A program made the position numbers and the translations under genes. This document shows, in pieces, positions 9,663 through 17,937 of a stretch of DNA of 64,000 nucleotides. Below the pieces are notes generated by a model, which was not told where the DNA came from, searched no databases, and was given only the letters and a program-made list of their open reading frames with translations. Every line of letters begins with the position of its first letter. The first letter of the stretch is position 1. The stretch comes from an uncultured Alphaproteobacteria bacterium (GTDB taxonomy: Bacteria; Pseudomonadota; Alphaproteobacteria; Rhizobiales; Aestuariivirgaceae). The DNA lies in assembly GCA_963698275.1 (NCBI GenBank), contig CAVOQE010000006.1, positions 79,682 to 143,681 of the forward strand. The letters are read 5' to 3'.

Positions 9663-9965
9663 TCACTGATCGATGTCGGCAACAGCCAGCGCTTTCAGGA
9701 AGGCGACGAGATCACAATCACGTGCTTCATCCGTTGTGCCGTGCGACTGTAATTTCACACAGACTGAACCTTGGGCCAATGCTTCATCCTCGCCAAAATA
9801 CTGCTTGGCGAGGTGGGCTGGCGAATGGCAGATTCTGCAGTGCTTCGCGAACAGATCGCGCCCTCGCACAGCGTTGCCGGTCCTGCCGGTTTCCTCAAGT
9901 TCAACCGCAGACGGCAGTTCCAGAGCCGCGATACGATCCCAGTCACTGCTTCCATTCGCGGACAT
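9663..9965 (-). CDS. Small c-type cytochrome-like protein (single CXXCH)
   Basis: GRDLFAKHCRICHS is a typical class-I cytochrome c haem motif. Start is uncertain and no signal peptide is visible from Met 9965. Overlaps the stop of the upstream gene. Confidence 0.45.
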   Translation of the reverse strand: MSANGSSDWDRIAALELPSAVELEETGRTGNAVRGRDLFAKHCRICHSPAHLAKQYFGEDEALAQGSVCVKLQSHGTTDEARDCDLVAFLKALAVADIDQ

Positions 9966-10587
9966 CTGCAGCCTTTGCTGGATCAAAGACCTTGTACAGG
10001 GAAAACGCGCCGCGAATATCCCCGACCTCATAGCCGATTGCCTGGTCTTGCGGATAAAGCTCTTTGATCGCCGTTGTGACTTCTGGCGCAATCTGTTTGC
10101 CATGGCAGGCCAGGCACGTGTCAAAAGTGGGGATTGCCTGCATGAAATGTACGGTTTGCGTTCCGTCTCGATCGAACAGCCTTGTTGATCTGAGCATTTC
10201 AGGACCTTGTCCGGCCATCGCCCGCAATTCGAAGCTCATCATCATGCTGCGTTCCCGCGTGTCGGGCATATTCTCGGGGTTGCGCACACGTAACCCTATG
10301 CGACGGATTTGCCACCCTGTTTCCTTTTCAATCTGGTCTTCAATCTCCGGTGCCAGATGCCGACACACACCGATCGCCTGTTTGACGCCGCCCTGCATGG
10401 CGGTCTGCATCTCCCGCATCATTACCTGACGCAGGCGCTGGAGTGTCTGCTGCGCTTCCAGTTCGTAATTTTTGAGGCTTTGCGCATGGACACCGTTACC
10501 AGCGGCGAAAGCAAAAAGGACAATAGTAATTATCAAACGCACCACCACACACTTCCATCCGTTGCGCATGACGAAAACAGCGGTCAA
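9943..10587 (-). CDS. DUF3365-like periplasmic haem protein
   Basis: N-terminal signal/anchor (VVVRLIITIVLFAFAAGNGVHAQ). C-terminal CLACHG haem motif, with overall length and layout as in DUF3365 (Tll0287-like) proteins. Confidence 0.6.
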   Translation of the reverse strand: MTAVFVMRNGWKCVVVRLIITIVLFAFAAGNGVHAQSLKNYELEAQQTLQRLRQVMMREMQTAMQGGVKQAIGVCRHLAPEIEDQIEKETGWQIRRIGLRVRNPENMPDTRERSMMMSFELRAMAGQGPEMLRSTRLFDRDGTQTVHFMQAIPTFDTCLACHGKQIAPEVTTAIKELYPQDQAIGYEVGDIRGAFSLYKVFDPAKAADVREWKQ

Positions 10588-10611
10588 ACCGTGCTCGCCC
10601 TGAGCGAAATA

Positions 10612-11037
10612 TTAATCGTCCCGTTCAGAGCGAAGTACTTCACCGGTGATACCGTCCACGTAGAGCTCAACCCGATTGCCGTTGGCATCAATGGTCTTCA
10701 CTTCGTAACGCTTGCCGCTTTCGGCTTCGATCTTTGAAATCTCGCCATAACCCTGCTGCTTCAATTTATCGGCAATCTCATCTGTCGACATCATGGGCAT
10801 GCGGCTACGAACGCCACCGCCAGTCGTATCAAGAGCCTGCTGACAGGAGCTTGACAATTTTGCCCGATTGTCCTCCAGACAGGCGCGAACCGCGCCAGCA
10901 CCATGGTCTTTATCAGCACAATATTGAGTAATTTCCGATGCGCATTGGGTCTTGACCGGGCCACCTTGAGCAACTGCCGGAGCTGACAGGATCGTTACAA
11001 TGCCAGCGGAGATCATCAGTTTTTTCGACGTATTCAT
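10612..11037 (-). CDS. Secreted PepSY-domain protein with Cys-rich N-terminal repeat
   Basis: Signal peptide MNTSKKLMISAGIVTILSAPAVAQ. Cys-rich segment CASEITQYCADK...ACLEDN...SCQQAL. C-terminus YEVKTIDANGNRVELYVDGITGEVL is PepSY-like. Confidence 0.7.
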   Translation of the reverse strand: MNTSKKLMISAGIVTILSAPAVAQGGPVKTQCASEITQYCADKDHGAGAVRACLEDNRAKLSSSCQQALDTTGGGVRSRMPMMSTDEIADKLKQQGYGEISKIEAESGKRYEVKTIDANGNRVELYVDGITGEVLRSERDD

Positions 11038-11261
11038 AGTCAGAGTCCTTCTTCGGATTGGGTTTCTGCTAAGTTACCGCCTTGTACGGACAATTCGCAG
11101 ATCCGCCGACTTCGTTCCTTGATGGGGATCAATAGAAATGGAAAATTTTTTGCAACCTTGGCGTGCCGCAGCCTTCGCCAGGTTGACGCCCAGGTTTTCG
11201 GCACGAACGTGTATCAGGTTTTGATTGAACCAAAACCGCGCACACTTTTGTGAGACTTGCT

Positions 11262-11639
11262 CTAGTTGGTCGCTGAAAAACCAACGCCGGGCGACAGGTA
11301 TTCCTTGCGCACCGGAGAGAAGATATCCAGCACTACTGCCCCGTCCGCCCCGGCCTTCATGGTGTGCAGTGCGTTGGGTGGTGTGCGCCAGATATCGCCC
11401 TTGTTGATCTGGAATTCCTCATCGTCCTGATAGCGGGTCGCTGACCCCGACAGCATGACGCCCCATTGCTCTTCAGGGTGTTTGTGCATCTTTCCCATGG
11501 CATGAGGATCAATGCGCACAACCGACAGCATGGCGTTCTCACCTGGAAAAATGGTGGTTGTCATGCCGTCTGCAAGTTGACGGAAAATGCCGCCTTCCTC
11601 ACTGTCGAGATTGAAGAGTTCAATTTTCGAACGGGCCAT
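11262..11639 (-). CDS. Cupin-domain protein, last gene of the second GS/Mgs-like operon
   Basis: Cupin motifs GKMHKHPEEQWGVMLSG and GDIWRTPPNALH. ATG 11639 is preceded by AGGAG. Lies 73 nt downstream of the 136-aa gene on the same strand. Confidence 0.7.
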   Translation of the reverse strand: MARSKIELFNLDSEEGGIFRQLADGMTTTIFPGENAMLSVVRIDPHAMGKMHKHPEEQWGVMLSGSATRYQDDEEFQINKGDIWRTPPNALHTMKAGADGAVVLDIFSPVRKEYLSPGVGFSATN

Positions 11640-11712
11640 TGACCACTCCTGTTTTAAAGCAATGCCCCGCTGGACCACAATCCGGCGGGGCATTAGGTTG
11701 TTCAGCTATCGC

Positions 11713-12123
11713 CTAGAATTTCCGGTAGGCCTTGTTCAGGACCACCATGGGGTGATCCGGTGACATCTGGAATTTGATCAGCAGTTCACGCGCGATCATG
11801 TCGCGATCCTGCTGATTGTCCGGCAGGTCGTAACTTTCAGGGATCGCCACCCAGCCATTGATGTTGCGGTCAAAAACGGCGGGTTTGCCGTCGTCGTACC
11901 CCATGTGAACATCTTCCAGCCAGTTGAGATCTTCCCAACCCATGAACTCGATGTAGCCCTTTAGAAAATCGGTTATGCGGTTGTAGTCAGGCAACAGGTT
12001 CACATCATAGCGATAGCCAATGTGCTGTCCGATGACCTGCTCGCGTTCCGAGTCAATGCCACCACCCTTGAGGAAGTGATCGACGTCTCCGATCTCGGCG
12101 CCTTTGTAGCTGGTTCCAGCCAT
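11713..12123 (-). CDS. Conserved-looking hypothetical protein (136 aa), cotranscribed with the GS/Mgs-like genes
   Basis: ATG lies 13 nt after the stop of the FMN-subunit gene and has a perfect AAGGAGGA SD. Acidic, Trp/Tyr-rich soluble protein. No motif recognised. Confidence 0.7.
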   Translation of the reverse strand: MAGTSYKGAEIGDVDHFLKGGGIDSEREQVIGQHIGYRYDVNLLPDYNRITDFLKGYIEFMGWEDLNWLEDVHMGYDDGKPAVFDRNINGWVAIPESYDLPDNQQDRDMIARELLIKFQMSPDHPMVVLNKAYRKF

Positions 12124-12136
12124 CTTCGTGTCCTCC

Positions 12137-13519
12137 TTAAATATGGTGGTAGTCGTCTACGCCAACCGTGAAGTCGGTGCCGGCAAGCGGCACCTGGGCG
12201 ATTGCCGAGGCTTCCATCGTCAACGCAGCCAGATCTTCCGGTTCCAGACTGTGAATATTGGTCTTGCCGCAGGCCCGCGCCATCATCTGGGCTTCCATGG
12301 TCAACGTATGCAGGAAGTTGTAGACGCGTTCTGCTGCTTGATCCGGGTCGAGACGCTTGCGCAACATCGGATCCTGGGTTGCCACACCGACCGGGCAACG
12401 CCCGGTATGGCAGTGGTAACACTCGCCTGCCTCCACTCCCATCTCGGATGGATAGTCGGCTTCCTCGATATCCTTGTTGCAGTTCAGCGCCATCATGGCG
12501 GAATGACCGATTGCGATGGCGTCGGCTCCCAGAGCCAGTGCCTTTGCAACATCACCGCCATTGCGGATACCACCGGCGTAAACCAGCGTTATCTCGCCGC
12601 GCTTGCCGATATCATCGATGGCACGGCGCGCCTGGCGGATGGCCGCCATGCCGGGCACCCCGGTTTCTTCCGTTGCCAGGTGCGGGCCGGCGCCGGTGCC
12701 GCCTTCCATGCCATCGATATAGATCGAGTCCGGATCACACTTTGCCGCCATGCGCACATCATCATAGACGCGGGCTGCGCCCAGCTTGAGCTGGATCGGG
12801 ATCTGCCAGTCGGTCGCTTCACGGATTTCCTGGATCTTCAGCGCCAGATCATCCGGTCCGAGCCAGTCCGGGTGACGCGCCGGTGAGCGCTGGTCAATAC
12901 CGGCTGGAAGCGAGCGCATTTCAGCAACCTGGTCGGTTACCTTCTGGCCCATCAGGTGGCCGCCGAGACCAACCTTACAGCCCTGTCCGATGAAAAACTC
13001 GCAACCATCGGCCAGTTGCAGATGGTGCGGGTTGAAACCGTAGCGCGACTGGATGCACTGATAGAACCATTTCGACGAATAACGCCGCTCATCCGGGATC
13101 ATGCCGCCTTCACCGGAACACGTTGCCGTGCCGGCCATGGTCGCCCCACGGGCCAACGCGGTTTTGGCCTCGAATGACAGCGCGCCAAAACTCATGCCGG
13201 TAATGTAGATCGGAATATCCAGTTCAATGGGACGCTTGGCACGCGGGCCGATAATGGTCTTGGTCAGGCATTTTTCACGGTACCCTTCAATCACGAAACG
13301 GGTCAGCGTGCCGGGAAGAAAGGTCAGATCGTCCCAGTGAGGGATTTTCTTGAACAGGGAAAATCCGCGCATGCGGTAACGGCCGAGCTCGGACTTGATG
13401 TGAATATCGTTCATCACCTCCGGCGGAAACACAAACGATTTGCCGAGCTTGTACTTCTTCTCGACCTGCAACTTGGAATGGCCGGTGTCTTTTTTGGTCT
13501 TGCCAGTCATTGAATTCAC
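12137..13519 (-). CDS. MgsC/GlxD-like FMN-binding glutamate-synthase-domain protein (paralog 2)
   Basis: Motifs GMSFGALS, GQGCKVGLGGHL, IDGMEGGTGAGP, YAGGIRNGGDVAKALALGADAIAIG. Collinear with mgsC at 3075..4424 but clearly divergent. Confidence 0.85.
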   Translation of the reverse strand: MNSMTGKTKKDTGHSKLQVEKKYKLGKSFVFPPEVMNDIHIKSELGRYRMRGFSLFKKIPHWDDLTFLPGTLTRFVIEGYREKCLTKTIIGPRAKRPIELDIPIYITGMSFGALSFEAKTALARGATMAGTATCSGEGGMIPDERRYSSKWFYQCIQSRYGFNPHHLQLADGCEFFIGQGCKVGLGGHLMGQKVTDQVAEMRSLPAGIDQRSPARHPDWLGPDDLALKIQEIREATDWQIPIQLKLGAARVYDDVRMAAKCDPDSIYIDGMEGGTGAGPHLATEETGVPGMAAIRQARRAIDDIGKRGEITLVYAGGIRNGGDVAKALALGADAIAIGHSAMMALNCNKDIEEADYPSEMGVEAGECYHCHTGRCPVGVATQDPMLRKRLDPDQAAERVYNFLHTLTMEAQMMARACGKTNIHSLEPEDLAALTMEASAIAQVPLAGTDFTVGVDDYHHI

Positions 13520-13553
13520 TTTCTTACATTGTTGGAGCCTGAAAACCTGATCC

Positions 13554-14402
13554 CTAAAGGACCAGTTTTTTCTCCGACGGTTCGAGGTTGTCGTAGCTCC
13601 ACAGCTGCTTGCCGGCGACGATCTTGGTAAAATGATCCACGCCCTTGTCCGGCATCATCTCGTATTGCGTCAGCTTGCGGGTCAGCCAGGCCTTGTCCAG
13701 ATCGGTCAGTTCCGCGGGAATGGCGTCCACGCCCAGATCCTTTATTTCACCACCGATGAAGATGGTGCCGTCATACATGCTGTCACCGAGGTTCTTGCCG
13801 GCATTGCCGCACACGACCATGCGGCCACGCTGCATCATGAAGCCGGAAAATGCACCGGTGTCGCCGCCGACCAGAATGGTTCCGCCCTTCTGGTCGATAC
13901 CGGTCCGGGACCCGACCGATCCCTTGCACACAAGGTCACCGCCACGAATGGCTGCACCGAAGGTCGAGCCTGCATTCTTCTCAACGACACAGACACCGGC
14001 CATCATGTTCTCTGCAAAAGACCAGCCGACACGACCGGAAATGCGAACAGTCGGGCCATCAAGCAGGCCGCAGCCGAAATAGCCCAGAGACCCGTTCACG
14101 ATGAAATTCATCCGGTGCAGAATGCCGACAATGATCGAATGCTTGGCACCGGGGTTTTCAAGGACAATGGTGCCGTGGCCGGATTTTATCAGCTCGCGGA
14201 TTTCCTTGTTTATCTCGGTTGCTTCCTTGTCCTGGCAATCAACCGATCCACGCTTGTTGAAGTCCACATCCGGTGCAAACGCATAGGCATAACCGCCTTC
14301 GTTCTCCAGCGAGAACATCGTCTTGATGTCACGTCCCTTGAGCGGCTCCGTGTGGAGACCCATCATTTCGCCGGCATCGCCTGAGGTATCTACGCCTGCC
14401 AT
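13554..14402 (-). CDS. MgsB/GlxC-like GXGXG-domain protein (paralog 2)
   Basis: GXGXG-type repeats ISGRVGWSFAENM, VCKGSVGSRTG, LVGGDTGAFSGF, VVCGNAGKNLG. Overlaps the upstream gene by 13 nt. Confidence 0.85.
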   Translation of the reverse strand: MAGVDTSGDAGEMMGLHTEPLKGRDIKTMFSLENEGGYAYAFAPDVDFNKRGSVDCQDKEATEINKEIRELIKSGHGTIVLENPGAKHSIIVGILHRMNFIVNGSLGYFGCGLLDGPTVRISGRVGWSFAENMMAGVCVVEKNAGSTFGAAIRGGDLVCKGSVGSRTGIDQKGGTILVGGDTGAFSGFMMQRGRMVVCGNAGKNLGDSMYDGTIFIGGEIKDLGVDAIPAELTDLDKAWLTRKLTQYEMMPDKGVDHFTKIVAGKQLWSYDNLEPSEKKLVL

Positions 14403-15325
14403 ACTCTTACCTCCTCGTCATAAGGGTCCCAGGTATCTATTTCGTGGGGAACAATTGCCCGGATCGCGACTTCCTCTGAAGCCAGGGCAACCATGTCGTC
14501 GGTTTCGTAGAGCACCATCGGTTTGGCCGCCATGGAGTCCTTGGCCATGCCAAGCTGATCCTTTGTGGTCACCAGGTAGGTGAAGACACCATCGATCTCT
14601 TCGATGGACTTCTTCAGCGTTTCTTCCAGTGTCATGCCCTTTTCCAGGCTGGTGGCCACGTAAACCGCAAGCAGTTCGGAATCGCAGTTTGAAACGAAGC
14701 GCTGTCCCTTACGCTCCAGGTCGCGGCGCATCAGCCAGTAATTGGTGATCTGGCCGTTATGCACCACTGCGATGTCGCTGTAGGGGTAGGCCCAGTACGG
14801 GTGAGCCGAGCGGATGTCGACATCCGACTCCGTGGCCATGCGGGTATGCCCGATACCGTGGCTTCCGGTGAAATTTCCCAGCCCGTAGGCGCCGGACACC
14901 ACACCTGCGTCGCCCAAGTCCTTGATCAGTTCAAGCGCCGAGCCTATCGACAGGATTTCCGCACCTTCTATATCCTCGATATGATCGGACAGCAGTTTCA
15001 TGTCGCCGTCATATTGAATGGCGTAACGAAACGCATACTCGGTCGCGTCTTTCATTTCGGAAACCGTCACGCCGAGCGCCTTCAACGTCTCGTCGACGGC
15101 ATCCTTGCGGCGCTTGATTTCCTCGTGAATCTTGAGTGCGCCGTGCAGGTCTTCCTGCTCGGCAACCTTGAAGCGCAAGACAAAAGTGTTTTCCTTAGGT
15201 TCGCCGTAAATCGCAAACCCGGTTGAATCCGGCCCCCGGTGCTTCAGGGCCTGCAGCATGCTGGTCATTTCCTGACCGACATTGCTGGTGCCCTTCCGGT
15301 GGATCAGCCCTGCAATTCCGCACAT
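14390..15325 (-). CDS. MgsA/GlxB-like class-II glutamine amidotransferase (paralog 2)
   Basis: From ATG 15325 the protein starts M-C-G-I-A-G (Ntn Cys2). Motifs GHTRMATES and HNGQITNY present. Confidence 0.85.
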   Translation of the reverse strand: MCGIAGLIHRKGTSNVGQEMTSMLQALKHRGPDSTGFAIYGEPKENTFVLRFKVAEQEDLHGALKIHEEIKRRKDAVDETLKALGVTVSEMKDATEYAFRYAIQYDGDMKLLSDHIEDIEGAEILSIGSALELIKDLGDAGVVSGAYGLGNFTGSHGIGHTRMATESDVDIRSAHPYWAYPYSDIAVVHNGQITNYWLMRRDLERKGQRFVSNCDSELLAVYVATSLEKGMTLEETLKKSIEEIDGVFTYLVTTKDQLGMAKDSMAAKPMVLYETDDMVALASEEVAIRAIVPHEIDTWDPYDEEVRVWQA

Positions 15326-15402
15326 GGGCATATGTCTCCTGTTGAGTGGGTTGCACGGCGGACCGCCGCCCGCCGCAAATCAGTTTCAAGAATGGCCGGT
15401 TT

Positions 15403-16881
15403 TTACGGCAGGCATTCCATGTAGGTTTCTTTGTCCCAATCGGTGACGGAAGCCATGAAGCGCGCCCATTCATCCGATTTGTACTCATGGTAGAGCCGGT
15501 ACATTTCACCGGGCAGGCCGCGCTGGACGACTTCATCTGCCTCCAGCGCCTCAAGCGCCTCGCCAAGCGACATCGGCAGCTTCTTCACATCCTTGCCGGC
15601 CTTGATGGCCTCATAGATGTTTCTTTCTTCAGGCTCACCGGGGTCGAGCTTGTTGACGATGCCGTCATCGGCTGCTGCCAGAATGCAGGCGCCCATGAGG
15701 TACGGGTTCACCATGGAGTCCACCGAGCGGTATTCAAACCGGCCCGGTGCCGACACCCGCAAGCCAGTGGTGCGGTTCTGGAAGCCCCAGTCAGCAAACA
15801 CCGGTGCCCAGAAGCCGGTATCCCACAGGCGGCGATACGAGTTCACGGTTGATGAGCCGATTGCGGTCAATGCCCGCAAGTGATGCACAATACCACCGAT
15901 TGCTTCCAGTCCCGCTTTCTGCGGCATCTGGGGATCATCACCATCCGGCATGAAGGTGTTGTCTCCACCTTTCACATACATGTAGTTGTCCTTCATGCCC
16001 GGCAGTGCTTTCGGGTCATTGCCGGTGCGGCAGAACTCATCCTCACCGCCATGCCACAGCGACATGTTATGGTGACAACCGGACGCCGAAACGCCCTCGA
16101 AAGGCTTGGTCATGAAGCAGGCAAAAATGCCGAACTCACGGGCAACCTGGGCACAAATCTGCCGGTATGTGGTCAACCGGTCCGCATTGCGCAGCACGTC
16201 ATCGTACATCCAGTTGAGTTCCAGCTGACCCGGTGCATCCTCATGATCGCCCTGGATCATGTCCAGCCCCATGGCCCGGGAGTATTCCATGACTTTCATG
16301 TAGACAGGACGCAGGCTCTCGAACTGGTCGATATGGTAGCAGTAGGGCTTGGAATAGCCCTCTTCCGGCTTGCCGTCCTCGTTGTACTTGAGCCACATCA
16401 TTTCCGGCTCGGTACCGACACGCAGGCTGAGGCCCTTGTGCTTTGCCTTGAAGTCATCGTGCAGGCGGCGCAGGTTGCCGCGGCAGTCCGCCGTCAGGTA
16501 CCCGCCTGGATCTTCCTTTTCCTCGCGATTGCGGAACAAGGTGCAATAAAAGCGCCCGATGCGCTTGTCCCATGGCAACTGCATGAAGGTTTCAGGCTCC
16601 GGTATGCCAACCAGTTCAGCTGCTTCGGGACCATAACCGAGATACTCGCCGGCCCGGTTGGTGAACAGGTTCATCGTTGCGCCGTAGACGAGCTGGAAGC
16701 CCTTCTTGGCGACCGCTTCCCAGTGATCGGCCGGAATGCCCTTGCCCATTATCTTGCCGGTGACCGAGATGAACTGGAGGTAGAGATATTCAATCCCCAG
16801 CTCGTCGATCATTTTCCGGACTTCCTTGACCTTTTCGGCCCTGCCCGGCGCATCAACAAAATTCTCGATATCCATTGCCAT
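15403..16881 (-). CDS. Glutamine-synthetase-family enzyme (type III/GlnT-like, 492 aa), substrate unknown
   Basis: GS catalytic motifs DHEDAPGQLELNW, FMTKPFEGVSASGCHHNMS, NSYRRL, FQNRTTGLRVSAPGRFEYRSVDSMVNPYL. About 55 aa longer than the gmaS product in this window. AGGGAG SD lies 10 nt before ATG 16881. Confidence 0.85.
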   Translation of the reverse strand: MAMDIENFVDAPGRAEKVKEVRKMIDELGIEYLYLQFISVTGKIMGKGIPADHWEAVAKKGFQLVYGATMNLFTNRAGEYLGYGPEAAELVGIPEPETFMQLPWDKRIGRFYCTLFRNREEKEDPGGYLTADCRGNLRRLHDDFKAKHKGLSLRVGTEPEMMWLKYNEDGKPEEGYSKPYCYHIDQFESLRPVYMKVMEYSRAMGLDMIQGDHEDAPGQLELNWMYDDVLRNADRLTTYRQICAQVAREFGIFACFMTKPFEGVSASGCHHNMSLWHGGEDEFCRTGNDPKALPGMKDNYMYVKGGDNTFMPDGDDPQMPQKAGLEAIGGIVHHLRALTAIGSSTVNSYRRLWDTGFWAPVFADWGFQNRTTGLRVSAPGRFEYRSVDSMVNPYLMGACILAAADDGIVNKLDPGEPEERNIYEAIKAGKDVKKLPMSLGEALEALEADEVVQRGLPGEMYRLYHEYKSDEWARFMASVTDWDKETYMECLP

Positions 16882-16912
16882 TGCACGGTTTCTCCCTGCT
16901 TACACACCAAAG

Positions 16913-16942
16913 TGACCAATACCATACCAATGCTATACCAAT
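16913..16942. promoter_or_regulatory. Three ACCAAT direct repeats with exact 11-bp phasing upstream of the GS-like operon
   Basis: ACCAAT at 16915-16920, 16926-16931 and 16937-16942 (tgACCAATacc / atACCAATgct / atACCAATttt), 34-61 nt upstream of start codon 16881. They lie in the divergent region shared with the GntR gene. Confidence 0.55.
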
Positions 16943-17212
16943 TTTGACAACCTACAAAATGAACCAAGGCGTCTTTTCGCACAAAAACTCTCTTCAGCAG
17001 CAACAGTGTTTTTTGCGATCATGAATTGCGAACAGTTGCCAAAGCTGTATCGTCTGTGTGTATTCTCTTGCACTGGTCCGGCGGCCAGCGACAGGAAAAT
17101 GAATCAATAAAAACCTGCAACAATTTGATATATATGATATTTTATCGTATTTGTTGTTATGTTCAGCACAACTGAAACACCTGCTCGCAGATATTATTGC
17201 AAGGCAAAGGGA

Positions 17213-17914
17213 ATGATTTCGATCGAACACAAGAGCACCCGAGGAGCCCGGTCCATAACGTCCGAACTCCGTAAAGCCATCGAAACAGGCAGGTATCATG
17301 ACGGTGACCAATTGCCTCCGGAACGGGACCTTTCCGAAACCTATTCAGCGTCACGCAATACAATCAGAAAGGCGCTGGACAATCTTGAAGACGCCGGCCT
17401 GGTGGTTCGAAAGGTGGGCAGCGGCACCTTTGTCAATTATTCCGGGCCGGCCGATCTCGAGACCGAAAATGTTGTCGAGCAGATCAGCCCGTTGCAGTTG
17501 ATTGACGCACGTATCGGCTTTGAACGGCAGATGACACGACTGGCGGTGGTCCACGCCACAGGCCGGGACATCGAAAAGATGGAGTCCCTGCTGACCCAGC
17601 TGGAGGCGACAGAACACGACCGCAATGCTTTTACAAAACTGGATTCGGAATTCCACCACCAGCTGGCAAAAGCGTCCGGCAATCCATTGATTGTGAAATT
17701 GTATCATCAGATCAATGAAGTACGCACTCATTCCCAGTGGAGAAAGGCGCGTGAACTGGTTCTCAGCCCTGAGAAAATCCGCCAGTACAACAAGTTCCAC
17801 AGGGGCATACTCGACGCACTGATAAAACGCGACACCAAATCAGCAATCGACGCGCTGAATGCGCACATGGAACTGGCCCACCTTGACCTTGTCGGCACCG
17901 CCCCCGACGACTGA
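17213..17914 (+). CDS. GntR-family transcriptional regulator, FadR/FCD subfamily
   Basis: Winged-HTH motif GDQLPPERDLSETYSASRNTIRKALDNLEDAGLVVRKVGSGTFV, followed by a helical FCD-like C-terminal domain. The start could be 17159. Confidence 0.85.
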   Translation: MISIEHKSTRGARSITSELRKAIETGRYHDGDQLPPERDLSETYSASRNTIRKALDNLEDAGLVVRKVGSGTFVNYSGPADLETENVVEQISPLQLIDARIGFERQMTRLAVVHATGRDIEKMESLLTQLEATEHDRNAFTKLDSEFHHQLAKASGNPLIVKLYHQINEVRTHSQWRKARELVLSPEKIRQYNKFHRGILDALIKRDTKSAIDALNAHMELAHLDLVGTAPDD

Positions 17915-17937
17915 TCTGCAGGCCGGTGCCACGGCAG

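Noticed and set aside
9966-10124. Longer 153-aa version of the cytochrome c-like ORF (start 10124)
   Set aside because: The extension is Arg/Lys/Ser-rich, overlaps the DUF3365 gene by about 180 nt and adds no signal peptide. The shorter start is kept, with low confidence.
15880-16947. 355-aa plus-strand ORF antisense to the GS-like gene
   Set aside because: Shadow ORF of a motif-rich minus-strand gene, with no SD or recognisable domain. The same reasoning applies to 12128..12886, 13632..14384 and 15346..15852.
17026-17042. Sigma-54-like element (minus strand TTGGCAactgttCGCAA) upstream of the GS-like operon
   Set aside because: The GG-to-GC spacing is one nucleotide short of the strict -24/-12 geometry. 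A second candidate near 28225 (TGGCATccggcGCAC) is off by two. I do not support either as an RpoN promoter.
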